Source of the DNA: Squalus acanthias
Taxonomy: Eukaryota
Reading direction: 5' to 3'
Assembly: GCA_030390025.1 (NCBI GenBank)
Contig: CM059432.1
Location: 9,486,001-9,550,000 of the forward strand
DNA: 64,000 bases
The first letter of the stretch is position 1, and every line of letters starts with the position of its first letter. The position numbers and the translations under genes were made by a program. Positions 1 through 11,845 of the stretch are shown here, one piece after another. The notes under the pieces are model-generated. The model was given only the letters and a program-made list of their open reading frames with translations, ran no database searches and was not told the DNA's origin.

Positions 1-1202
1 CAGCGATTTGGCGATTGTAATGACTCCGGTGTAAGCGTCAATGTTAAAGTATCGTTCCAGATCTGTGTTGCGATCTATAGAATATCTGGATGGAAAAATG
101 TAAAATGACAGTTAGTTTTACATTCCTCAATTGTTTCAGTTAATTCAAAGAAGCTAATTCAAAGCCCGTTGTCTATCAGTGTTGGCCACAAAAACAGAAC
201 GTGCTGGAAGCATGCAGCAGGAAGTTGAACACAAGAAGGTGTGGAATGCGATCAAAGCCATTTAGCCTGCCACTCCCCTCCCCTCCCCTATCAGGGACTC
301 TAACACACCGATTAAACCTCCCGAGGGAAAGTGCTGCAGCGGTAATCCCTGATTCCCAAAGGCTGTCGAGCAATATCAGAATATTGATCGATCCGGTCAT
401 CTCCACTATCTAACCTGCCCTCCAAACAAAGAATCCCCCCCAACTCGCTGCTCCCAGTAGCACAGAGACCGTGGCGTCCCATGGAGTATTTGATCATCTC
501 AGTCTATTCTTATAACCAGCAATCTCATTCCTATTTAGGAACAAATGGAAAGACTGCAACGCTGCATCTTGGAGCTTTTGCCGGAGTTCTGTGAATATGG
601 CACCAAAGAGTTGCACAATTACTGGCAGCTACAAGCAACTGGGCGTCCTGTGGTGAGAGGAGATGAGTTAACCTCCAACAAGGACCTACCAGTATTCTTG
701 GATATCAAGTGGCGCACATGTTTTTTTTTGCGGGGGGGGGAGGGGGTGATGCTGCTCCACTGTATTTGCATTGTGAATCCCAGTTGAAATGCTTTTAACA
801 GCTGCACAACCATAGGAGGCGGGGGTGGTGGTGGGGCGGGGGATTTTAACTCTCACTGCCCGGCAAAAAGCAAGAGTTAAAACCAGACGGTTACTTTATT
901 TTTTTGCCTCAACTGTTTTAACATAACGTCACGTTAAAAATGATTCAAAATGCCCCCGGGCTGATTTTTCATTTGTCCCCGCTCTGGAAAAAGAAGGGAA
1001 GCAGAAACTGCCCTTGGGCGTTAGCGCACAACCGGCCGGATGGCACTGGCTGCCCACTGCACACCCCGCTTGATATTCAGCTCCAGTGAAGTCGCAGGGC
1101 TGGGCATATAACGGGCGGATAATGGACAGCCAACATAAGAACATAAGAATTATGGGTGTCCTGGCATAGATTTATCCCTCAACCAAAATCTTTAAAACAG
1201 TA

Positions 1203-1402
1203 TGTGAGAAGTCGCACAACACCAGGTTATAGTCCAAAAGTTTTATTTGAAATCACAAGCTTTCGGAGCGCTGCTCCTTCGTCAGGTGAAGGAGCAGCGC
1301 TCCGAAAGCTTGTGATTTAAAATAAAACTGTTGGACTATAACCTGGTGTTGTACGACTTCTCACATTTGTCCTCCCCAGTCCAACACCGGCATCTCCACA
1401 TC
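1203..1402. mobile_element. Penelope-like foldback insertion (inverted pseudo-LTR plus ~36 nt tail)
   Basis: Near-perfect palindrome 1202-1366 followed by an unpaired tail. 15-bp TSD ATCTTTAAAACAGTA (1188-1202, 1403-1417). Contains a hammerhead core and is inserted in a SINE fragment. Confidence 0.75.
1253..1289 (-). ncRNA. Minimal type I hammerhead ribozyme motif
   Basis: Minus strand: UCAC CUGACGA A GGAGC-AGC-GCUCC GAAA GC UU GUGA. Stem I is UCAC/GUGA, stem II is 5 bp, and palindromic AAGCUU replaces stem III. Confidence 0.65.
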
Positions 1403-1559
1403 ATCTTTAAAACAGTAGGTGGTCATTGCTGTTTTTGGGAGATTGCTGTGCGCATAGTTGGCTGCATGTATTACAATAGTAACAGCACGTCAATGACTGT
1501 AAAGCGCTTTGGGACATCCTGAGGTCGTGATTTGGCGCCATATCATTCTTTCTTTTCGA

Positions 1560-2573
1560 ATTGCCAGAGATGAGGAGGAATTTCTTCGCTCAGAGGGTTG
1601 TGAATCTTTGGAATTCTCTACCACAAAGGGCTGTGGATGCTGAGTCGTTGAGTATATTCAAGGCTGAGATAGATAGATTCTTGGGGGGAAAAATTCAGCT
1701 GCTTGCGCCTCCCGTTAGCGCCTTAAGAGGGCGCTAATGGGGCGTAAAGCAGCTAACGCCCGGGCGCAGCGCCGCCCACGCCTCCCGAAAAATTCAGCGG
1801 GAGGTTAGCGGCGGCGCCAGCCGGTAGCGCCCTGTGGCGCTGCGCCGCCGGCGATGACGTCATCGCCGTGCGCAGCACCCCGCTCACGCTCCAGCCGCGA
1901 TCTTCAGTCGCGCCCCCTGATTTACCGCCAGACGCTATGTCCGACGGGTTCAGGGAGGCGTACGTGCGGCCGGGGCGGCGATATTTAAAGGGGAGGTGGC
2001 AGGCGGCCATTTTTGTTGCTGGCCGCCTGCCAGCACCTGCCCCCGGCCCCCGTGAAGCCCCCCCACCGTGAAGTGCCAGCTGCGCTCCAAGAGCCCGGCA
2101 CTTCTCTTGAGTGCCGGGCTCTTTTGCCGGCACTCCCGATCCCTGGGGGCCCAGCTGGGCCCCGGTTCGCGCTGCGCAGGGTCCCTCCCCTTTAAGAAGG
2201 GGAGGAAGGCCTGCAATACCGCGGCGCGACGTGCCGCAGCGCCACGCGCCAGGATATTCACTCGCAGCACCCCAAGAGGGATGCGGGGTGCTTCCAGTGG
2301 CGCCCCGCTTCCCTCTTGGGGCGCAACCACTGAAGTACCGGCGCGGGGCCGCTAATTTTTTCGGGGCGCTAAAAGTCGCGCCCCGGCGAGGTTAGCGCCC
2401 CAAATGGGGCGCGACTCAATTTTTACCCCTTGGACTCTAGGGGAATCAAGGGATATGGAGATCAGGCAGGAAAGTGGAGTTGAGGTCGAAGATCAGCCAT
2501 GATCTTATTGAATGGCGGAGCAGGCTCGAGGGGCCGTATGGCCGACTCCTGCTCCTAATTCGTATGTTCTTAT
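1560..2573 (+). mobile_element. CR1 LINE 3' end split by the MITE at 1684-2429
   Basis: GAGATGAGGAGGAATTTCTTC...GATAGATTCTTG|GACTCTAGGGGAATCAAGGGATATGG, then the 3' stem-loop and tail. Confidence 0.85.
1684..2429 (+). mobile_element. Non-autonomous Harbinger MITE (746 bp) related to the element at 22560-26671, in opposite orientation
   Basis: Ends GGGGGAAAAATT and AATTTTTACCCC; TSD TTG (1681-1683, 2430-2432). The first ~85 bp match the reverse complement of 26585-26671, and the other end matches 22560-22610. Interrupts a CR1 3' end. Confidence 0.92.
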
Positions 2574-2681
2574 GTAAAATGAGAGCCAACGGCCATTAAT
2601 GCGTTCGGCAGGCAGCCTGGCATGTTGTTGACCGTGCCATCAGTTGCACTCTGCTGAGTATACTGGCCGGTGAACACGCAC

Positions 2682-2935
2682 CTGACAGGATTGTTTGCTG
2701 TATCAGGGTCATGCGCGGAAACCGTGCCGATTGCCGTGCCCCCCTTCGCGTCCTCCGAGACGGACATCCTGTAACGGGGCGAGTTGAACTCGGGGGCCTC
2801 GTCCACATCTTCCACCACCAGCTTCACCGTCGCCATGTCGATGAAGGGTCCCAGGGCCTGGAATCGCGTGTCGATATTTTTATTGGTGACTTCAATCTTC
2901 AGGCTGTAGCTCGATCTTTTTTCGAAATCCAGTTC
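2682..2935 (-). CDS. cdh7: Cadherin-7-like coding exon (EC3 end to EC4 start), 254 bp
   Basis: cacag|GAA CTG GAT TTC GAA...CCT GTC AG|gtgcgt. Translates ELDFEKRSSYSLKIEVTNKNIDTRFQALGPFIDMATVKLVVEDVDEAPEFNSPRYRMSVSEDAKGGTAIGTVSAHDPDTANNPV(R), with LDFE, EDVDE and AxDxD calcium-binding motifs. Confidence 0.93.
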
Positions 2936-3238
2936 CTGTGAAACGATTAAAAAATAATTTGATATCTACTCCGCATAATATCAGTTCATTAAGAGCACGC
3001 AAAGCAAACTAGGGAACGAGACACATCCATCAGGTCCTGACATTTTAATACTGGATCACTTAATTAAATGGCAGAAGTATTTTCAGCTTGTTTGGTGCAC
3101 TGCCCTGGACATCTATCTTTGTTACTCTTGGTATTTACACCGAAGTGACAACTTACCAAGTAAATAAGGTTCCAAATGAATTATTTATTTACCGTTTCTC
3201 CAGAATCCCTTCTGTGATTTATTTATTTATTTATTCAG

Positions 3239-3690
3239 TGTCAGCTGTGGCTCAGTAGGTAGCCCCCTCGCCTCTGAGTCAGAAGGTTGTGGGTTCACAG
3301 TCCCACTCCAGGGACTTGAGCACATAAAGCTAGGCTGACACTCCAGTGCAGTGCTGAGGGAGCGCTGCACTGTCGGAGGTGCCGTCTTTTGGATGAGACG
3401 TTAAACTGAGGCCCCGTCTGCTCTCTCAGGTGGATATAGAAGAACCCATGGCGCTATTTCGAAGAAGAGCAGGGGAGTTATCACCGGTGTCCTGGGCCAA
3501 TATTTATCCCTCAATCAAGATAACATAATCAGATTATCTGGTCATTATCACATTGCTGTTTGTGGGAGCTTGCTGTGCGCAAATTGGCTGCCGCGTTTCC
3601 TACCTTACAACAGTGACTACACTTCAAAAGTACTTCACTGGCTGTAAGGCACTTCGGCACTTCCGGAGGTCGTGAAAGTCTTTCTTTTAT
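3239..3690 (+). mobile_element. tRNA-derived Deu-domain SINE (SacSINE1-like), near full length
   Basis: A-box TGGCTCAGTAGG, B-box-like GGTTCACAGTCC, core GAAGAGCAGGGGAGTT...CTGTGCGCAAATTGGCTGC. Multiple copies in the window. Family name is from recall. Confidence 0.8.
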
Positions 3691-4101
3691 TAATTTGCTC
3701 GGGTTTTTACCAGAACATGTTTCTCTACCTGTCCTCCCGGGTGATGAAAGTCACTGTCACCGTTCTGCCCCTTGTTCAGTAACAGTCCACGCCACCCCCG
3801 ATTTTTCGAGGTCCCCCCACTTGCCCGGTAACGGGGGCAGCAATGCCTGGAAAATCGTGACCAAACACTTGCCGTCACCCCCCCCACCACCCCCAATCCC
3901 GCTTCCCAATCTGCCCGCTGCCAATTTTGTCGGGGCCTTTGCACCACTGGCCCAGGCCTGCTCCACACAGGAGCCTGTTTGTAATGTGCTCATTGGGATG
4001 GCAATGCAATTTTGAGGTACAAATGGGCCGACTACACTCATCCTGAAGTCCACACAAACTGGCAATCAGTCCCATATCTCATTCAGAAAACAGTGGGAGA
4101 T

Positions 4102-4142
<41 letters not shown>

Positions 4143-4598
4143 GAGAGATAGATAGATAGATAGAGAGACAGAGAGATAGAGAGAGACGGAGAGACAGAGA
4201 GATAGAGAGAGACAGAGAGATAGAGAGAGACAGAGAGATAGATAGAGAGACAGAGAGACAGAGAGATAGAGACAGAGAGATAGATAACGAGATAGAGAGA
4301 TAGATAGAGACAGAGAGAGAGATAGAGAGACAGATAGATAGATAGATAGAGACAGAGATAGATAGAGAGATAGATAGAGAGATAGATAGAGAGGTAGAGA
4401 GATAGATAGAGAGATAGATAGAAAGATAGATAGAGAGAGAGAGGTAGATAGAGAGATAGGTAGAGAGATAGATAGAGAGAGACAGAGAGACAGAGAGACA
4501 GATAGATAGATAGAGACAGAGAGATAGATAAAGAGATAACAACAGAAAACGCTGGAAAAACTCAGCAGGCCAGGCAGCATCCGTGGAGAAAGAAAGAG

Positions 4599-4635
4599 AG
4601 TTAACGTTTCAGGTCGATGACCTTTCGTCAGAACT
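4599..4635 (-). ncRNA. Minimal type I hammerhead ribozyme motif (mirror copy)
   Basis: Exact reverse complement of 4792-4828; sense relative to the cadherin pre-mRNA. Confidence 0.65.
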
Positions 4636-4791
4636 GTGAAGAGCCGGAAATCAAATGGATTTAAGGCCAGAGTAAAGCTGGGAAAAGGGGGAGGGGATAA
4701 AAGAACAAAAGAACTCTCTTGTTCTTTTATCCCCTCCCCCTTTTCCCAGCTTTACTCTGGCCTTAAATCCATTTGATTTCCGGCTCTTCAC

Positions 4792-4828
4792 AGTTCTGAC
4801 GAAAGGTCATCGACCTGAAACGTTAACT
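4792..4828 (+). ncRNA. Minimal type I hammerhead ribozyme motif
   Basis: AGUU CUGACGA A AGGUC-AUC-GACCU GAAA CG UU AACU. Stem I is AGUU/AACU, stem II is 5 bp, with palindromic AACGUU. Confidence 0.65.
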
Positions 4829-5553
4829 CTCTTTCTTTCTCCACGGATGCTGCCTGGCCTGCTGAGTTTTTCCAGCGTTTTCTGTTGTTATTTCGGATTT
4901 CCAGCATCCGCAGTATTTTGCTATCGTAGATAAAGAGATAGATAGATAGATAGAGACAGAGAGATAGATAGAGACAAAGAGATAGAGAGATAGACAGAGA
5001 CAGAGATAGATAAAGAGATAGACAGAGAGATAGACAGAGAGATAGATAAAGAGATAGACAGAGAGATAGATAAAGAGATAGATAGATAGAGACAGAGAGA
5101 CAGAGAGAGAGATAGATAGAGACAGAGAGATAGATAAAGAGATGGATAGATAGAGAGAGATAGATAGAGAGAGAGATAGAGATAGAGAGAGAGATAGAGA
5201 GAGATAGATAGAGAGAAAGAGAGAGAGAGAGACAGAGACAGAGAGGTAGAGAGATAGATAAAGAGATAGATAGATAGAGACAAAGAGATAGATAAAGAGA
5301 TAGATAGATAGATAGATAGAGACAGAGAGATAGATAGAGACCGAGAGATAGATAGATAGAGAGATAGATAGAGACAGAGAGAGAGACAGAGAGACAGATA
5401 GAGAGATAAAGAGATAGACAGAGAGATAGATAAAGAGATAGAGAGATAGGTAGAGAGATAGATAAAGAGAGATAGATAGATAGAGAGAGAGAGACACCGA
5501 AACAGAGAGATAGATAGATAGATAGATAGATAGATACAGAGAGATAGATAAAG

Positions 5554-5584
<31 letters not shown>

Positions 5585-5629
5585 GACAGAGAGATAGATA
5601 GCTAGATAGATAGATAGATGAGATAGTTG

Positions 5630-5669
<40 letters not shown>

Positions 5670-5758
5670 TAGAGATATAGATAGAGAGACAGAGAGATAG
5701 ATAGAAAGATAGATAGAGGGAGATAGAGAGACAGCGAGATAGATAGACAGATAAAGAG

Positions 5759-5792
<34 letters not shown>

Positions 5793-6128
5793 ACAGAGAG
5801 ATAGATAGAGAGAGATAGATAGATAGTGAGAGAGAGATAGATAGAGGGAGACAGAGACACAGAGAGAGAGATAGATAGAGACAGATAGATAGATAAAGAG
5901 ATAGATAGATAGAGACAGAGAGATAGATAAAGAGATAGATAGATAGAGACAGAGAGAGATAGATAGAGAGAGAGATAGATAGAGAGAGAGATAGATAGAG
6001 ATAGAGAGAGAGAGAGAGATAGAAAGAGAGAGATACAGATAGAGATAGAGAGAGAGACAGAGATAGAGAGGTAGAGAGATAGATAGAGAGGTAGAGAGAT
6101 AGATAGAGAGGTAGAGAGATAGATAAAG

Positions 6129-6185
<57 letters not shown>

Positions 6186-6418
6186 CAGAGAGATAGATAG
6201 AGAGATAAAGAGATAGATAGATAGAGACAGAGAGACAGGGAGACAGAGAGACAGAGAGACAGAGAGACAGAGAATGATAAAGAGATAGATAGATAGAGAG
6301 ATATATAGAGAGGTAGAGAGAGAGATAGATAGAGAGGTAGAGAGATAGATAGAGAGGTAGAGAGATAGATAGAGAGATAGATAGAAAGATAGATAGAGAG
6401 AGATAGAGAGATATATAT

Positions 6419-6450
<32 letters not shown>

Positions 6451-7284
6451 GGAGAGACAGAGAGATATATAGATAGAGACAGAGAGACAGAGAGAGAGAT
6501 AGATAAAGAGATAGATAGATAGAGACAGAGAGATAGATAAAGAGGTAGATAGATAGAGACAGAGAGAGATAGATAGATATATAGATAGAGAGGTGGAGAG
6601 ATAGATAGAGAGATAGATAGAATGATAGATAGAGATAGAGAGAGAGGTAGAGAGAGAGAGAGAGGGGTAGAGAGAGAGAGAGAGATAGAGAGATAGAGAG
6701 ATAGATAGAGATAGAGAGATAGATAGAGATAGAGAGAGAGAGAGAGACAGAGAGATAGAGAGAGAGACAGAGAGATAGAAAGACACAGAGATAGAGGGAG
6801 AGATATATAGAGATAGAGAGACAGAGAGACAGAGAGATAGAGAGATAGATAGAGATAGAGAGATCGAGAGACAGAGATATAGAGAGACAGAGATAGATAG
6901 AGAGATAGAGAGATAGAGAGAGATATAGAGAGAGATAGATAGAGAGAGAGATAGAGAGAGAGATAGATAGAGAGATAGAGCTAGAGATAGAGAGATAGAT
7001 TGAGAGAGAGAGAGAGAGATAGATTGAGAGATAGATATATAGAGAGAGACAAATAGATAGAGAGAGAGAGATATATAGATAGATAGAGATAGAGAGAGAG
7101 ATAGATAGAGAGATAGAGAGTGAGATAGATAGATAGAGAGAGACATAGATAGATAGATGGAGAGATAGAGAGAGAGATAAATAGAGATGGAGAGACAGGG
7201 AGAGAGAGAGATAGAGAGATAGATAGATAGAGAGATAGATAGAGAGAGATAGATAGATAGAGATAGAGAGAGACAGTGAGATAG

Positions 7285-7329
<45 letters not shown>

Positions 7330-8386
7330 TAGATAGAGATAGATCGAGAGATAGATAGATAGAGAGAGATAGATAGAGAGACAGATATATAGATAGATAG
7401 AGATAGAGAGATAGATAGATAGAGAGATAGAGAGTGAGATAGAGAGATAGAGAGATAGATAGATAGAGAGATAGAGAGATAGATAGATAGATAGAGAAAT
7501 AGAGTGAGAGAGATAGAGAGATAGAGATAGAGAGAGGTAGAGCGATAGATAGAGAGCGAGATAGATAGAGAGAGATAGAGAGATAGATAGAGAGAGAGAT
7601 AGAGATAGAGAGATTGAGAGAGAGAGAGAGATAGATAGATAGATAGATAGATAGAGATAGAAATAGAGAGATAGAAAGATAGAGATAGATAGATTGATTG
7701 ATTGATTGAATGAATGAATGAATGAATGAATGAATGAGGCTGTGTGGCAATTGCACAATTCCCGACAAAAAAAGCTTCTTAATCTTTACTAGTCACGTGA
7801 TCATATAATCTTAAATTTGATGGGTTAGAGATATCTTTTCACTTGAATAAGAGAGACATTATTTTTAGATTTTTCTCAAAATGCTGCTTCTCTTCACAGC
7901 ACCTGGTAGGCATCAACTTCAACCATCACATAAAGATATCCCAGCGACAATGACCACTTGGCTTGTTGTCTGGTGCTGATTGTGTCTTCGAAATCTCTTG
8001 ATTGTGTCACATGTTTATACTGCAAGAATCTATCCTTCTTTACACACAGGCAAGATTGTCAATAAGTAAAATGACAGTGGAGAGAAAAACGCATTCAATC
8101 AAATATAAGAAAGACTTAGAAAAATACACTCACCCAGATTGAAGGAAGCTGTTCACTTTCCTTTGGGAAGATTATATTCTCTGTCAGTAAAGACTTGCTG
8201 AGGTTTTAGGTTTTTCCCCCGCAATAAGTCAGAGCTGGAGAGACTGACTACACCAGAGCAATGAGATAGAATTGAAGTATGTACCACTAGCAACTTATGG
8301 AAGGAGCCCTGATTGTGATCTTATTGTGTCAGCCGTGGCTCAGTGGGTAGCAGCCTTGCCTCTAAGTCATGAATGGTTGTGGGTTC

Positions 8387-9211
8387 ATAGAAACATAAAC
8401 ATAGAAACATAGAAGATAGGAGCAGGAGTAGGCCATTCGGCCCCTCGAGCCTGCTCCACCATTCAATGAGATCATGGCTGATCATCCAAACTCAGTACCC
8501 TGTACCTGCCTTCTCCCCATATCCCTTGATCCCTTTAGCCTTAAGAAATATATCTAACTCCTTCTTGAATATATTTACTGACTTGGCCTCAACTGCCTTC
8601 TGTGGTAGAGAATTCCATAGGTTCACCACTCTCTGGGTGAAGAAATTCCTCCTCATCTCTGTCCTAAATGGCTTACCCCTTATCTTTAGACTGTGACCTC
8701 TTGTTCTGGACTCACCCGCCATCGGGAACATCCTTCCTGCATCCAGTCTGTCTAGCCCTGTTAGAATTTTATAAGTTTCAATGTGATCTCCTCTCATTCT
8801 TCTAAACTCCAGCGAGTATAAGCCCAATCGACCCAATCTCTCCTCATACGTCATTCCTGCCATCCCAGGTATCAGTCTGGTGAATCTTCGCTGCACTCCC
8901 TCCATGGCAAGAACATCCTTCCTCAGATAAGGCGTCCAAAACTGCACACAATACTCAAGGCGTGGTCTCACCAAGGCCCTGTACAACTGCAGCAAGACAT
9001 CCTTGCTCCTGTACTCAAACCCTCTCGCTACAAAGGCCAACATACCATTTGCCTTCTTAACCGCCTGCTGCACCTGCATGCTTACCTTCAGCGACTGGTG
9101 CACAAAGACACCCAAGTCTCGTTGCACTTCCCCTTCTCCCAATCTATTGCCGTTCAGATAATAATCTGCCTTTCTTTTTTTGCCACCAAAGTGGATAACC
9201 TCGCATTTATC
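8387..9211 (-). mobile_element. 5'-truncated CR1 LINE inserted into a SINE
   Basis: ORF2 C-terminus (KCEVIHFG...LVRPRLEYCVQFW...FFTQRVVNLWNSLP) is open and followed by a (TTTCTATG)n tail. SINE halves lie at 8327-8386 and 9212-9283. Confidence 0.92.
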
Positions 9212-10854
9212 CAGTCCCACTCCAGAGACGCTCCAGAGACTTGAAGACAAAAAGCTAGGCTGACACTCCAGTGCAGTGCTGAGTGTCAGCCTAGCTTTTT
9301 GTCCTAGCTCCCCCGCCCCACAATCTCCCACCGTGACAATCCAGGCCCGTGGATCTCTGTTTAGTATAAATAGAGACGGAGAGTTCATTTACTGCGTGGG
9401 TGTTGCTTCAACCCCGTCTGAGAACCAGTGACGCCCTCCACGCGCCCGGATCAACTTTGTAGGCTGGGCGGTGGGAGCCTCCTTTCCTGAGATGGCAGCC
9501 GGAGAGATGAGTAGAGGGGGAATGGGGCATTTGGGGAGTAGGCGATGGGGGTGGTGGTGGTGGGGGTGGGGGAAGAGGTTTGACCGCAACTGGAGAGATC
9601 GGCCGCCGGTTGACGGCCGCGCGTTCTGGGAAAGGAGGCATCGGTTCCCCGCTTGCGCCCGCGGAACTCTAGGTGCCTCACCTGACCAGCCGCCTCAGCA
9701 CTGTGCGCTGGTCCAACCTTTGCGCCGAGCCAGCGACTCGAACGTGAGCCTCCTTTCGAGAGCAGCGCTCGCGCCTCAAATAGGGAGTGGGCATCCCGCT
9801 GGAAACCCAACCCCCTCCCCCCCCACCCCACCCCCGCCCCCGCCAACCAGTTTGAGGATGCCCGGCGCCAGCGCGACCGTTCGGACAGCCCGCCAATCGT
9901 ATTGAAATGGACCCCGGAGGTTAAAACCGGTCGGGGCCTCACACTGAGGACGTTGGGTGGGTGGGTTGCCCTCTCACCTCCCACCCGGGTGGGAGGGCCG
10001 CCCGTTTCACCCGCAGCTTACCCGAGAATCTGCTACCAGTTAAATTCCCCACCCCACCTCACCGCCCCCCACCCCCATCACATCACCCCGCTAAAATTTC
10101 ATATCTGTGTCTCTGGAAAGACATCTAATGCATCCATCGGTTTTTTTTTGGAGGTTTTTAAATAATCCTGCACAGTCTGACTGGCATTTAGCTCACTCTA
10201 AAACACCGTGCCAACGCACGCAGTCAGGACGTGTATCTGTCTTCAGCTGCCAGAGTTAATTGGTGCATGGAGTCAGTGCCTGCTGCCCACAGAGGTCAAG
10301 CATCATGTTGTCTGCCCATCTGGACCACATCTTCTACTGGTGAAGTTTCCATCTGCTTCCCAGAGATGTCTAATGACGCCGGATGATAAAAAGCCCAACT
10401 TCCTATCTCCCAGCAGTCTGAATGTAACGCAGCGCTGAGTGATTTTCAAGAACCTCGGAGGGCCAGCGGCCAGCGGCTCTCAAAGTCAAACTTCCACTTG
10501 AAACGTGCGACTATTACCACCGCGTCTTACCATGTAGCTGGCCCACCGACGTTCCCTGTGCCCACTCTCGGTCCCCCGCCCCCTCTCCTCGCCTGGAGTT
10601 GATGGTTCTGGCTGCGTTGTGTGTGCCGCAGGTAGTAAGAGCTCGCCACTACCTCACTAAATGACCAATCTTCATGGGTGAACCTTGACACTGAGGGTAT
10701 TTGACCAAAGGGGCAACGCAGCTGAGCCGGATCCTGTCCTCAGTTGATTTATGACAGACAGGAAAAGACCCTCTGGTCCATCCAGCCTGTCCCACACCAT
10801 TGTGATATCGTAGTTACCTTGTTTAATTTAAAACCCATCCAATTGTTACCTTCC

Positions 10855-11422
10855 ATATAAAACACTAGTTAGGCCTCAGCTAGAGTATTGCGTGCAGTTC
10901 TGGTCACCACATTACAGGAAAGATGTGATTGCACTAGAGAGGGTACAAAGGAGATTTACAAGGATGTTGCCAGGAGTAGACAATCTTAGCTATGAGGAAA
11001 GACTGGATAGGCTGGGTCTGTTTTCCTTGGAACAGAGGAGGCTGAGGGGAGACCTTATTGAGGTGTATAAAATTATGAGGGGCCTAGATAAAGTGGATAG
11101 AAAGGACCTATTTCCCTTAGCAGAGGGGTCAAAAACCAGGGGGCACAGATTTAAAGTAATTGGGGGAAGGTTGAGAGGGGATTTGAGGGGAAATTTCTTC
11201 ACCCAGAGGGTTGTGGGGGTCTGGAACTCACTGCCTGAAAGGGTGGTAGAGGCAGAAACCCTAACCACATTTAAAAGGTACTTGGATGTGCACTTAGGAT
11301 GCTCTAACCTGCAGGGCTACGGACCAAGAGCTGGGAAGTGGGATTAGGCTGGATAGCTCTTTGTTGGCCGGCGCGGACACGATGGGCCGAAATGGCCTCC
11401 TTCCGTGCTGTAACTTTCTATG
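10855..11422 (+). mobile_element. 5'-truncated CR1 LINE
   Basis: QFWSPHYRKDVIALERVQRRFTRM...WNSLPERVVEA. Confidence 0.9.
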
Positions 11423-11845
11423 AAGTATTCGTTCTCACCTGCATTAGAAATTTGTATTCGGGAAAATCCCGATCTTTCCCCGCCCACCCGATCGCTCCCT
11501 CTCCTGATCACCCCCTTCCCCTGTCTCCCGGGCTCCACCCCAAATTCTGACCCCCCACTTCCTCCGTCCCCCACTGGAGTTCCACATCAGAAGCCCTCTC
11601 CTCGGCCCAGGAATTTTAGGGCCCTTATTATTTGGCATGAGCAATTCGACCATCAATCTCACTTGTCCAGCACTCTGCCTTGCTTGTACGTGACCAGAAC
11701 TGGTCTAATAAATCAAACTATAATTTATCTTTACAGCATTCGAACTAGTCCGAGTACAACGTAAATATTTGCAGGGTCTTTGCAGTTCTGTCTAATTGTG
11801 CAATGGTTACTTTTGCTGTGCAGCGAGAATCTCGCCAGGAATATA

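Larger units (their letters stand above)
4536..4924. mobile_element. Penelope-like foldback insertion (second family) inside a GATA microsatellite
   Basis: Arms 4536-4708 and 4719-4891 are reverse complements (~173 bp; no mismatch seen by eye) with a 10-nt spacer, then a ~33 nt unpaired tail. Related fragments occur at 56815-57208 and 28900-28944. Confidence 0.78.
4100..7737. repeat. Compound (GA)n/(GATA)n/(GACA)n microsatellite, ending in (GATT)n(GAAT)n
   Basis: Directly visible; interrupted by 4536-4924. Confidence 0.98.

Noticed and set aside
1753..2395. Overlapping GC-rich ORFs
   Set aside because: They lie within the non-coding MITE and are open because of high GC content.
3239..3320. 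tRNA gene
   Set aside because: The A and B boxes belong to the head of a multi-copy SINE, with no complete cloverleaf.
4066..7768. ORFs of 981 aa, 718 aa and shorter, rich in Ser/Leu/Ile/Tyr
   Set aside because: They are translations of the (CT)/(CTAT) microsatellite strand, which lacks stop codons by composition.
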